A DNA stretch of 64,000 nt from contig CAVOKF010000004.1 in the NCBI GenBank assembly GCA_963696385.1, forward strand, positions 1,088,001-1,152,000, read 5' to 3'. Shown one piece after another: positions 43,728 through 53,268 of this stretch (positions are counted from its first letter, which is position 1; each line of letters opens with the position of its first letter). This stretch comes from an uncultured delta proteobacterium. GTDB taxonomy: Bacteria > Myxococcota_A > Polyangia > Polyangiales > Polyangiaceae. Made by a program: the position numbers and the translations under genes. The notes under the pieces were generated by a model. That model was not told where the DNA came from, searched no databases, and was given only the letters and a program-made list of their open reading frames with translations.

Positions 43728-45298
43728 CGGTGCACTGGCGCTCTCGCGAGGAATTGATCCACCAGGTCGTCGTGTTGACGGCCCAGGGGATGAGCCGGCG
43801 CGCCATCACGCGGGCGCTGGGGGTCAGTCGGAACACGATCGAGAAGATCCTTCGGACCCACGGTCGCGAGCGCGACGACGGGCACGCCGCGCTGGCCGCT
43901 GCGCCCGTGCGCGCGCCGCGTTCCCGCAAGATCGACGCCTACCAGGGTCGCGTGAGCGAGTTGCTCGCGCGCTACCCGGACATCACCGCGCAGCGCGTGC
44001 TGGAGATCCTCAAGGACGAGGGATTCCAAGGCGGCTACACCGCCGTCAAGAAGCAGATGCGGCGCGTGCGGCCAGCGGCCAAGCCGACGCCGAGCCTCGA
44101 AGCTCCGGTGTTCGGACCGGGTGAGATGGCCGAAAACGATTGGTCGCCCTACACGCTCACGTATACGACCGGCCTCTCCGAGACTGTGCAGCTGTTCTCG
44201 TACGTCCTGGTCTATTCGAAGCGCAAGTCCTTCGACGTCTTCGGCTCGCCGGACTTGTTCGCGCTCATGGACGGCCACGAGCGCGCCTTCGCGCGCTTCG
44301 GCGGCTGCGCCGCGGGCTGCAAGTACGACAGCCAAAAGCCCGTCGTGCTCCGGTGGGAAGGCCACCAGCCCATCTACAATCCTCGGTATCTCGCCTTTGC
44401 CGCGCACTACGGCATTCAGCCCGCCGCCGTGCGAGGAAAACCCAACGCCAAGCCGCGCGTCGAACGCAGCTTCTGGGAGCACGAGCGATCGTTTCTCAAC
44501 GGCCGCTCATTTCGCGATCGCGACGACTTCGCCGCGCAGCTCGCCGACTGGCTCGTTCGCGTCGTCGACCCGCGCAAGCGTCACGGGCTGTCCGCCCTCG
44601 ATCGGTTTCGCGACGAGGCGCCTCATCTGCGGCCGCTGCCCAAGCATCCGTACGACACCGCCCGGGTCACGTATCGACTCTGCAGCATCGACGGGTACGT
44701 CGAATGGCTCGGTAACCGCTACGCCGTGCCGTACGACCATGTGACCGACTTCCTGCCGCTGCGCATCACGCAGACGGAGCTGTTCGTCTACGGGCCGAAT
44801 CTCGCTTGCCTGGCGCGCTATGAGCTGCGACCGCGCGGACGCGGCGACAAGATCGATCCGCTCGGGCTGCATCCTCGCCCAGAGAGCCGGTCGCCCATCG
44901 ACGTCGACAAGCTGCGCGCCACCTTCGAGCAGATGGGCGACGGGGCCGCCGCGTTCCTGCTCCAGCTCTCGGGCGCCCACGTGACCCGTGTCTGGACCCA
45001 CCACGCCCGGCAGATCCTGCTCTTGCGTGCCCGCTACGACAGCGCCGACGTCGACGCCGCCCTCGCGCACGCCGTTCGGTTCGGCGCGCTCGACGCGGCC
45101 TCGGTCGAGCGCATCCTCGCCCGACGCGCTCCGCCCCGGACCCTCGACGAGTACGTCGCCGAAGACACCGCCAAGCGCATCGATGACGCGCTCGGTCCCG
45201 TCGTCACACGCCCCCGCGATCTGGCCGAGTACGACGCTCTGCCGCTCGCCACCCGCCGCCCCGTGGAGACCGCCGATGGCCAAGACCAAAACGGATAA
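43724..45298 (+). CDS. istA: IS21-family transposase
   Basis: GMSRRAI.RALGVSRNTI, GFQGGYT, YDSQK, KPRVER. Confidence 0.95.
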   Translation: MTVHWRSREELIHQVVVLTAQGMSRRAITRALGVSRNTIEKILRTHGRERDDGHAALAAAPVRAPRSRKIDAYQGRVSELLARYPDITAQRVLEILKDEGFQGGYTAVKKQMRRVRPAAKPTPSLEAPVFGPGEMAENDWSPYTLTYTTGLSETVQLFSYVLVYSKRKSFDVFGSPDLFALMDGHERAFARFGGCAAGCKYDSQKPVVLRWEGHQPIYNPRYLAFAAHYGIQPAAVRGKPNAKPRVERSFWEHERSFLNGRSFRDRDDFAAQLADWLVRVVDPRKRHGLSALDRFRDEAPHLRPLPKHPYDTARVTYRLCSIDGYVEWLGNRYAVPYDHVTDFLPLRITQTELFVYGPNLACLARYELRPRGRGDKIDPLGLHPRPESRSPIDVDKLRATFEQMGDGAAAFLLQLSGAHVTRVWTHHARQILLLRARYDSADVDAALAHAVRFGALDAASVERILARRAPPRTLDEYVAEDTAKRIDDALGPVVTRPRDLAEYDALPLATRRPVETADGQDQNG

Positions 45299-46139
45299 AC
45301 CAGACTCCAATGACCGGGTGACCGGCCCGGCCTCTGACGAGGCCGTCGTGGTGATCGATCGCCTGCGCCGGCACCTCGGCTACTTGGGCCTCTCCCATAC
45401 GCTCTCCACGCTCGACGACTGGCTCGCGTGGGCCACCCGCGAGCGACCCGGACACACCGCCCTGCTCGAGCACGTCCTGGCCGCTGAGGTCAATCACAAG
45501 TCGGCCGCACGCCTGGACCGGCGTATCCGGGTCAGCGGCCTGGTCGAGCGAAAGACACTCGAGGCCTTCGACTGGGACTTCCAACCCTCGATCGACAAGA
45601 GCCTCGTGCTGGAGCTCGCCCGCCTCGACTTCGTCAGGCGCCACGACGACCTGGTCATCACGGGAAAGAGCGGCACCGGCAAGAGTCACATCCTCAAGGC
45701 TCTCTCCCTGCGCGCCTGCGTGCAGGGCATCTCCCTGCGCTACGCGCGGTGCGTCGACCTGCTCGCCGACCTGCACGCCGGCCTCGCCGACGGCACCTAC
45801 CCCCGACGCCTGAAGGCCTGGGCACGACCCGACCTGCTCGTCATCGACGACGTCGGCCTGGGGCAGGTGCGCCAGCGCGACGACGAGCCCACCGCCGCCC
45901 ATACTCTCTTCAACCTCGTCGATCGCAGGCACGGCAAGCTCTCGACCGCGGTCACCTCCAATATCGATTTGCGCCAGTGGGGACGCTACCTGGGAGACGC
46001 GACCGTCGCCGCCGCCATTCTCGATCGGCTCGCCATGCATGCCATTCGTATCGACATCGACGGACCGAGCTACCGCCAGCACGTCGCTGCCGAGCGTGCC
46101 GGCAAGCCGGTCGCACCCACTCGGGCGACGGCGCCGTGA
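45276..46139 (+). CDS. istB: IS21 ATPase
   Basis: FDWDFQP, GKSGTGKSH, LLVIDDVG, AILDRL. Confidence 0.95.
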   Translation: MAKTKTDKPDSNDRVTGPASDEAVVVIDRLRRHLGYLGLSHTLSTLDDWLAWATRERPGHTALLEHVLAAEVNHKSAARLDRRIRVSGLVERKTLEAFDWDFQPSIDKSLVLELARLDFVRRHDDLVITGKSGTGKSHILKALSLRACVQGISLRYARCVDLLADLHAGLADGTYPRRLKAWARPDLLVIDDVGLGQVRQRDDEPTAAHTLFNLVDRRHGKLSTAVTSNIDLRQWGRYLGDATVAAAILDRLAMHAIRIDIDGPSYRQHVAAERAGKPVAPTRATAP

Positions 46140-46450
46140 GGCGCCCGCGCCGCGTTCCACCCGCTCCGCCTCCGCCCCGCGTCCCGGACCTCGTCGTCGC
46201 GCCGGAGCTCGCCTCCATCATTCTGCTCGAACACGCGCTCGACCTCGCTGCCGACGCGCTCTTGGCCGAGCACCAGACGCTCATCGACGACTTCCATAGG
46301 CCACGCGACCAAGGCCCTGTCGTCTTCCTCGCCCACACGATCTGCCGCAGGGCCGCCACCTTGCGCGAAACGCTCTGGCGCTACCGCCACGCCGTCCGCG
46401 AAGCGGCGATGCCACCCGCGCACGATCCCACCGACGACAACACCTTCTGA
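46136..46450 (+). CDS. Hypothetical protein inside the IS21-like element
   Basis: GTGA overlap with the istB stop. Confidence 0.6.
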   Translation: MRRPRRVPPAPPPPRVPDLVVAPELASIILLEHALDLAADALLAEHQTLIDDFHRPRDQGPVVFLAHTICRRAATLRETLWRYRHAVREAAMPPAHDPTDDNTF

Positions 46451-46685
46451 TAGCCGGACTCCCGCACTGAGCCGCGGGCCCGAGCGCTCGCGAGTCCTAC
46501 CGGCGTCTTGGCGGTTCCCCCCTTCGCCCGGCCGAGCACCTCGGGGTGAGCCACTGGCCCTGACGCGCGCCCTTTCCGATAGCCAGGGGTGGGTCACGAT
46601 CCCGCCGCTGCCGCCACCCCGACCCCGGCGACGGGTGGATCACTTCGGTCGCCAGAAGTGGATCACTCTAAAGGCGCCGCTGAAG

Positions 46686-47059
46686 GTTTCGGTGCGGAAC
46701 TCCGGCAGGCCGTGGAGAATCGCGCCGAGACGCTGCGGCAACTGGGCATCGAGCCCGACGACCCGAGTCGGCTTGCCGCTCTGCGCGAGCGCGAGCGGAG
46801 GGCGGTAGGAGAACAAATGGCGGCGAGCTTGGGGCAGAAATTTGTCGGGCGTATGCCGGAGCGCTTCCGCGGGCGCGTTGAAATCCGCGTGGCGCCCGGC
46901 GGCTTCTCGTACGCCGTCATCTCCGACGGTTCGCGCTTCGGCGTGATGGAGACCACGGCGTCGCTGCGCGCCCTGCGAGGCAAGTCGGTCGTGCTCGCCC
47001 GTGACTCCAAAGGCAGGCTCGTCGTTCGCCCGGATCTCGACCGAGGGCTCGGGCGCTGA
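46686..47059 (+). pseudogene. DUF3363 (VirD2-like relaxase C-terminus) fragment
   Basis: GFGAELRQAV..R..L, LAALRERE, YAVISDGSRF, RGLGR. Confidence 0.65.
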
Positions 47060-47295
47060 CCCTGCGGGCAACGCGTCACCCGAAGCGCGTGGCCTCGATG
47101 TCCTTAGCGCGAAGGACACGGTCGGGACAACCGAGCCGCGGCCGCTGCAGTCGTCGCAACGGGATCCTGGTCGTCCGCTGCCGGTCGACAGCTGGAAACC
47201 ATGGGCCATCTGCGGCCTCATCGCCGCAAACGTGGCGATCTTCGCATTCGAGGTCGCCCAGACGAGCAGCTTTCTCCGGTCGGGCTCGAACGGGG

Positions 47296-47592
47296 TCAAG
47301 CACGCGTTGCCGCCTTCCAGCACGCGGCCAGCCAGGCCCGCTCGGTGGCTCCGAGGACGACGCCGGGAACCGCTCCCTCCACGACGGCATGTGGGCGCTC
47401 CCATCCCGCATCGCCCAGCGACAACGTTCCCGCTTGGCGGGTGCGGTCGTACACGAAGATCGCCTGCTCGCCGTGCTCGTTCTCGAAGTAGCCGAGATAG
47501 TAGTGGTTTGGCTCGGAGTCGTCGATCGCGGGAGGCGCGCCGCACGCGTCGGCGTGATGGTTCGTGACGCGGAAGATCGCCTGCTCACTCAT
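47296..47592 (-). CDS. Hypothetical protein
   Basis: GYFENEHGEQAIFVYD, GDAGW. Confidence 0.7.
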   Translation of the reverse strand: MSEQAIFRVTNHHADACGAPPAIDDSEPNHYYLGYFENEHGEQAIFVYDRTRQAGTLSLGDAGWERPHAVVEGAVPGVVLGATERAWLAACWKAATRA

Positions 47593-47640
47593 GGTCGCAC
47601 CGAGCCTGGTCGGAGCGCAGATGGCATGTCAAGGGCCCGT

Positions 47641-47733
47641 TCAAAGCCTGCCGGTCGACGAAGAGCCGCGGAAGTCGGCGCGGAAACATATCGCGTTTTA
47701 GGGGCGTCCACTGTCGGTTCAGAGTCCCATTTG
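47641..47733 (-). repeat. dif-like repeat R1 (core 47681-47708, spacer AACGCG)
   Basis: Reverse: GACGCCCCTAA AACGCG ATATGTTTCCG...CTTCCGCGGCTCTTCGTCGACCG. Confidence 0.85.
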
Positions 47734-48128
47734 GCGTCCCCGAGGGCGCCAAGCTGGCCGCTCGGCAAGCTGCGGAGGGCCAGCGGAAGCAGTTTGTGGC
47801 GCACCTTGCCGACCGGTTCTCGGATGGCCACCGCTTCACGGACGGTTTGCCGCAAGGGGGCGACGGCGGAGAGGACGAGCCCGGGCCCGCATAGGATGGT
47901 TTGGCGTTGGGTCGACCGCGAGAGGGAGGTCCGCGGTCGTGACTGTCGTGACCGACTCGATGGCGGCAGACGTGCGGTCCCGCATCGGTCTGCGGGAGGC
48001 CAACGGCGACGACCGCTGCGGTGGCCGCGTCACCCCCGGGACAGGACCGGGTCACCCGACGCGGATGGCTTTCGCCGTGAAATCCAGTCGCGTGAGCGTG
48101 GCACGAAAATGGGCGTGTTCGAGCGCCC

Positions 48129-49831
48129 GTGGCTGCTCTCGCGCCCGCCTACGTTCCCCGTCGCCCGACCGAAACGGTCCTGTACGGATTGGTGCGCGAG
48201 AATCTGGAATCGTTTCTCGCGTACGCGCGTGAGAACTACGAGGGAGGGCTACCGCGCTACGTGGAAGCGGAGCTGCGCGCGTACTTGAATTGCGGCGTAT
48301 TGCGTGCGGATTTACGCGCTGCCACTGCGACTCATGCGGCCGCGACTTGCTTGTGGCCTTTAGCTGCAAGGGAAGATCTCTCTGCCCCAGTTGCTGCGGC
48401 AGGCGTATGGCCAACACGGCTGCCCACTTGGTCGACCGAGTCTTGCCCGACGTCCCTGTGCGGCAATACGTTCTGTCGCTCCCGTACGAGCTGCGCAAGC
48501 TTGCGGCGTTAAAGGCCGACGTTCTCACAGCCCTGGGCCGCATCTTCGTCGAGGCCATCTTTGCCCGCTACCGCGCTCGCGCCCAGCGCGAGGGCCTCGA
48601 GGATGCGCAGTGCGGAGCGGTAACCTTTGTTCAACGCTTCGGCAGTCTGAATCTCAACGTGCATTTTCACGTGTTGGTGCTCGATGGCGTCGTGACCCGG
48701 GACCCGGACCGTCGTGTGCTCTTTCATCCGGCGGCCGCTCCGACGCCGGTCGAGTTCGAGGTGCTGGTCGAGCGTGTGATGAACCGCAGCGTGGCGTGGC
48801 TGCGCCGCCACGGCCATGTGCAGGACACGCCGCTCGAAGAGCGCTCGAACGAGCCGCCGGCGCAGACTGCCCTCGACGCGTGCGCGGACATCGCCATGGG
48901 CCGCGGCACAGTCGCAACCTTGTCGAACGACGACGACGGGTCGAAGGACGACGACCGCGAGGCGCGGCCCGACGGGCTCGTCGGCGCGGTCGAGCGAGAC
49001 GGGTTTAATGTGCATGCCGGGGTCCGGATCGAAGCGGGCGACCATCTGGGTCGCGAACGACTGGCGCGTTACGGCGCGCGACCTCCGCTCTCGCTCGAGC
49101 GACTTCGCAGGTTGCCCGGCGGGCGGGTGGCCTATCGACTGAAGTACGTCCGTCGCGGCCGAGGCAAGTACAGAATCATGACTGGCCTGGAGTTCATGGC
49201 CCGCTTGAGCGCGATCATTGCGCCGCCTCGGTATCCGTTGGTGCGCTACAGCGGAGTGCTCGGGCCACACTCGAGCTGGCGACGCGACGTGGTGCCGAAG
49301 CCGCGCAAGACGGCTCCCGCCTGCCACCGCGCGCCCACCCCACCGCTGAGCTCGGCCAAGCCGGTCACCGGCGCAATGACGCACCCGGGCTCCGCGCTTC
49401 CCGGGGCGGCGGCGCCGACAGCGGGAAATGTCGAGAGTGCTCCGGCGCCGGCCGCCAGTTCCTCGGCGAAGGCGGGTCTGTCCGCGCTCCCCATCTTCGC
49501 GCATGGGGGCGAGGTCATCCCGCTCACGCCCAATGTGCTTGCTGTCAGCCACTGGGAACGGCTGCTCGGCGGCGCCATCTACGCGGCCTCGCCGCGCGTG
49601 GACTGGCCCACGCTCTTGAAACGAACGTTTGACGTGGACGTTCTGCAATGTCCGAAGTGCCACGGCCGACTGCGGGTGCTCGCCGTGATCACCGAGCGCG
49701 AGCCGGTGCGCCAGGTCCTCGCCCATCTCGGCCTGCCGACCGAGGCGCCGCCCGTCGCCCGGGCGCGCGACCCGACTGACGACGCGCAAGACCCCGAGCC
49801 GTCGGATCAACTCGAGCTGCAGCTCGCGTGA
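48129..49831 (+). CDS. IS91/ISCR-like HUH (Y2) transposase with Zn-binding domain; frameshift near 48300
   Basis: FSCKGRSLCPSC, RQYVLSLP, QRFGSLNLNVHFHVLVLDG (HUH), ARYGARPP, LVRYSGVL, CPKC. Confidence 0.9.
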
Positions 49832-49897
49832 ACGACCGGCCCCGAGAGCGGCGCCGATGCGGCGCCGCGCGGGCGACGTGCGCTTTGGATATGTTCG

Positions 49898-50005
49898 AAA
49901 TCGGTTCGCCGCTCGGTGACAACGGAAGCCCCTAAGACGCGATATGTTTCCGCGCCCGCTTCCGCGGGCTCTTCGTCGACCGACAGCTTTGGGCTTACTA
50001 CTCGC
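49898..50005 (+). repeat. dif-like repeat R2 (core 49925-49952, spacer GACGCG)
   Basis: AAATCGGTTCGCCG...GAAGCCCCTAA GACGCG ATATGTTTCCG...TACTCGC. Confidence 0.9.
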
Positions 50006-50514
50006 CCGCGTCCGTCGCAGCGTCGGGAATGGTGCTTCCTTCGACGGTCGCGGACGCTGAGCAACCGCACGCGAACACCGCAACAAGCAAGATGCCGTGC
50101 GCTATTCTTCGATCCATCGGAACCACCCTTCCGGTCACGCCCCCCGGCGCTGGCGCGCGCGAGGGTTCTCATCACACTACCCGCGTCTATCCAACTCTTC
50201 GAGCCACTGCGTCGCTGCGGCGACGAAAGCGCGGCCCTCGGCACTCGGCACGATGGATCGCTACGCCGACCGTGCGCCGTTTGTAGCTGGCCCGGTCCCT
50301 GAAGCGCACGAACGCGGTCACGTATTCGTGTGCCTGTCCACCGTTCGGGCCGGCGCCGTCGTAGTAGCGACACGGGGTGGGGCTTCGTCCGCCAGGAAAA
50401 AGGCCGGCCCGGGGGGGTCATCGCCTGCCCTTGCCAATCCGAAGCTCGCTTTCGAGCGTCACGAAGGCCATCGCGGAGCGACGCGCCCCGTTCACGCCGT
50501 AAACAATCTCAACT

Positions 50515-50901
50515 TTAGGGGGCGAGCGGCTCTGGCCACCATTCGCGGAAATCGTGGGCTGAAAGCTTCTCTCGGGCACCGGCGCGGGCGAGAAGCTGAA
50601 GCTTTTCCCACAGGACCAGCGGGCATCGAATGGGGGGTGTCTCGCGGCACTCGAGCTCGTCGACACGTCGCACGTGCAGTGCGCTTTGATAAAAGTACGT
50701 CTTCTTGCTCAACCGGAGCGGCTTGTTGGCTCGCCGTTCCGGGTCCACCACCTCGTGCGGAATATCCCGGGGGCCGGTTCCGGTCCCCGAAAGGACGAGC
50801 GCTCGGGTTCCGTCGGCCGACAACCTGATCACGATGGCCGGATGCGGCTCTCCGCCAGAGTTTGGGACGATCCAAACCTTGTCGGCAATGTGCAGGGTCA
50901 T
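50515..50901 (-). CDS. Putative PemK/MazF-like toxin
   Basis: DKVWI...HPAIVI...LVLSGTGT...LRLSKKTYF resembles the PemK pattern. Confidence 0.5.
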   Translation of the reverse strand: MTLHIADKVWIVPNSGGEPHPAIVIRLSADGTRALVLSGTGTGPRDIPHEVVDPERRANKPLRLSKKTYFYQSALHVRRVDELECRETPPIRCPLVLWEKLQLLARAGAREKLSAHDFREWWPEPLAP

Positions 50902-51699
50902 CTACTGGATCGTTGCCGTCTCAGTGATGTACGCTTCAAAGAGAGCCTCGCCTTCGTTGTGATCGCTGATGATCTGCTCTTGTCGGAAACGCTGATCGGA
51001 AGGTACGAGGTCTTCAGGTACGCCAGCGTCGCCGTACATCATTGCGAGCATGCGGACCACCGAACGCTCGCCCTTGACCCAGCCTCGCGCGACGGCTTCA
51101 GTAAGCCAACGCGGCGGCGATGGGCGATCCGAAAGGACGAGGTCCACGAGTGCCGCCAGGCACGCGGTACCCTGCGCGTGCGCCAGAACGGCGTTGAGCA
51201 AGGGAATTGGAAGAGCGTAAAGATCGAAGCCCTCCCAGGCAGCCCCGCTAGCCTTAGGGTCAGGAGCCGAACGAGCATGCCGTCCGAACAAGCCGGAGAT
51301 AACCGCGCCGATTCTGAGCCCCGCGAGCAGATCCGTGACGAGCCCGCTCTCCTCCGGCACCTTCGCGCACACGGCTCGCATGAAAGTCACCGGATCGGCA
51401 ATCCTGGCAAAGCGACCTGCGTACAAGGTCGCCGAGACCGTCCGTGCGGACTGGGAGGCTTGCAGGTCGTTCGCCTGGGCATCGAGAATGTCGAGGAAAT
51501 CGGCCTCGTCTGCCGCGGTCCAGACAAGCGAGCCGATGACGCGTGCCGTTCTGCGCGCTTCGTCGATTGACGAAGGTGACTTGCTCCTCCGAAGATGCGC
51601 CTTCTGAACCCGGCGTTCATGGCGGTTCACGACTGATAGCCCGAGCAGCCACTTCTTTTCGGCCGCGTAGTCGTCAGATAGCTGCGCCAGCGCGTTCAT
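50902..51699 (-). CDS. Hypothetical 265-aa protein directly upstream of the PemK-like gene
   Basis: Stop codon directly abuts the downstream ATG. Confidence 0.7.
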   Translation of the reverse strand: MNALAQLSDDYAAEKKWLLGLSVVNRHERRVQKAHLRRSKSPSSIDEARRTARVIGSLVWTAADEADFLDILDAQANDLQASQSARTVSATLYAGRFARIADPVTFMRAVCAKVPEESGLVTDLLAGLRIGAVISGLFGRHARSAPDPKASGAAWEGFDLYALPIPLLNAVLAHAQGTACLAALVDLVLSDRPSPPRWLTEAVARGWVKGERSVVRMLAMMYGDAGVPEDLVPSDQRFRQEQIISDHNEGEALFEAYITETATIQ

Positions 51700-51751
51700 C
51701 GGTCGTGGAATTCTAGCACGCGGAATTGGCCTGCGTTTTCGCTGTCGCACG

Positions 51752-51853
51752 GCGAGTACTAAGCCCAAAGTGCGTCGGTCGACGAAGAGCCCGCGGAGGC
51801 GGGCGCGGAAACATATCGCATCTTAGGGGCTTCCGTTGTCACCGAGCGGCGAA
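51752..51853 (-). repeat. dif-like repeat R3 (core 51806-51833, spacer GATGCG)
   Basis: Near-identical inverted copy of R2. Confidence 0.9.
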
Positions 51854-52054
51854 AGATTAGATGAACCGGTGGCGGCGCGTCCTGGACCGCCAGGCACGCC
51901 GCGCGGCACGGGTGCCGCAGCCTCGAGATCGATCGCGGGGCGTCTCGAGAGCAGCCCCCGTGCCGGTCGTCGGTCATCGAAAATAGCGACCGACCTCCCG
52001 CTGGATTATCCATCCGACACCCCGGCGTGCTCAAAGGCACAAAGCGAAGTGGGG

Positions 52055-52164
52055 GCGAGTAGGCGGCGCAAAGCTTGTCGGCCGACGAAGAGACGCGGAA
52101 ACCGCCGCGGTCACATAAAAGGCCTTTGGGGCGCTCGTTGTCATTGAAAGCGCCGTCCCAATTG
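52055..52164 (-). repeat. Diverged dif-like repeat R4 (core 52108-52135, spacer GGCCTT)
   Basis: Reverse: AGCGCCCCAAA GGCCTT TTATGTGACCG...TTTCCGCGTCTCTTCGTCGGCCGAC...TACTCGCC. Confidence 0.8.
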
Positions 52165-52193
52165 CGCACCGCCGTCCCGCTTCACGGTGCGCT

Positions 52194-52304
52194 CAAATCG
52201 GTTCGCCGATTCAGCGATAACGAACGCCCCTAAGACGCGATATGTTTCCGCTGGGTCTTCCGCTGCTCTTCGTTGACCGATACCCTTTCGACTGGCTACT
52301 CGCC
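52194..52304 (+). repeat. dif-like repeat R5 (core 52223-52250, spacer GACGCG)
   Basis: CAAATCGGTTCGCCG...AACGCCCCTAA GACGCG ATATGTTTCCG...GGCTACTCGCC. Confidence 0.9.
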
Positions 52305-52478
52305 AATTGAGCGTTCGCCGATTCGAGTCGGAGGTTGGCTGGTCCCCATCGATGATGATCTGCTCCGAGGTGCCCGCTCGCCTCTCCGGCGCATCGCGAA
52401 CTTCCTGCGCGCGCGCCGTAACCGTCCGGCCGGGCCCGCACTTGATTTAGGGGCAGAAAGCGCGGTGCGATCGGGGGC

Positions 52479-52799
52479 ATGGGACGCGAGCGTCGGTCGC
52501 GAGTCTGGTGGTCAAGCCGAGTGGCGCGTTGGCGGCGCAGCGGGCTTACGGCGCGGCAATTCGCAGAGAGCGAAGGGCTTTCGGTGTTCTCGCTTCGGTG
52601 GTGGTCGAGCCAGTTGGCTCGTGATAACCGTGCGGAGCACGGTGCGTCGGCGATCGAGCCGATCGAGATCACCGTCGAGGGGCGTCAGGCCGGCCGCGAA
52701 CTGGTCGAAGTCGTGGTCGGCGCGGCGACGATCCGCTGCGAGCGGGGGACGGACGTCGGATACATTGCGGCGCTGGTTCGTGCGATCGCGGGTGCATGA
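52479..52799 (+). CDS. tnpA: IS66 TnpA
   Basis: WRRSGLTARQFAESEGLS. Confidence 0.85.
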   Translation: MGRERRSRVWWSSRVARWRRSGLTARQFAESEGLSVFSLRWWSSQLARDNRAEHGASAIEPIEITVEGRQAGRELVEVVVGAATIRCERGTDVGYIAALVRAIAGA

Positions 52800-53161
52800 C
52801 GGTGTTCGGTTTCTCGCCTCACGTTCGCGTGTACCTCGCGTCGCAGCCGGTCGACATGCGTGCAGGCCACGACAGTCTGTTCGCGATCGTGAAGAGCTGG
52901 GACCTGAATCCGTTCAGCGGGGACCTGTTTGCGTTCGTTGGGAAACGACGAGACCGGGTGAAGATTTTGGTGTGGCACCGCGGGGGATTTTTATTGGTCT
53001 ACAAGCGGTTGGAAAGAAATCGATTTCGGATCCCTGCGATCCAGCCGGGAACGCGGACGGCGATGCTCGATGCGACGCAGCTGGCGATGTTGCTCGATGG
53101 CATCGACGTCCAACACGTTCAACGCCCCGCGCTGTGGCAGCCTCCGGGTCTGGCGCGCTGA
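52796..53161 (+). CDS. tnpB: IS66 TnpB
   Basis: PVDMR.G.D.L, FVGKRRDRVKIL, YKRLE. Confidence 0.95.
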   Translation: MTVFGFSPHVRVYLASQPVDMRAGHDSLFAIVKSWDLNPFSGDLFAFVGKRRDRVKILVWHRGGFLLVYKRLERNRFRIPAIQPGTRTAMLDATQLAMLLDGIDVQHVQRPALWQPPGLAR

Positions 53162-53268
53162 GCCCCGTCGCGGCCCTGTGTGTCCATTGGACACTTTGTC
53201 GCTGAAATCGTCGTCGGCCCCCACGCTAAGCCTTTTAATCTGCGCGGCGATGGTGCACGAAAAGGATC

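Larger units (their letters stand above)
42194..46685 (+). mobile_element. IS21-like element carrying five ORFs including ParB
   Basis: Terminal IR CTTCAGCGGCGCC / GGCGCCGCTGAAG; subterminal repeats GGCGGGATCGTGATCCA (twice at left) and inverted TGGGTCACGATCCCGCC and GTGGATCAC at right. Confidence 0.8.

Noticed and set aside
52796..53161. IS66 TnpB as an RNA-guided nuclease
   Set aside because: Same name only; a 121-aa IS66 accessory protein with no RuvC motifs.
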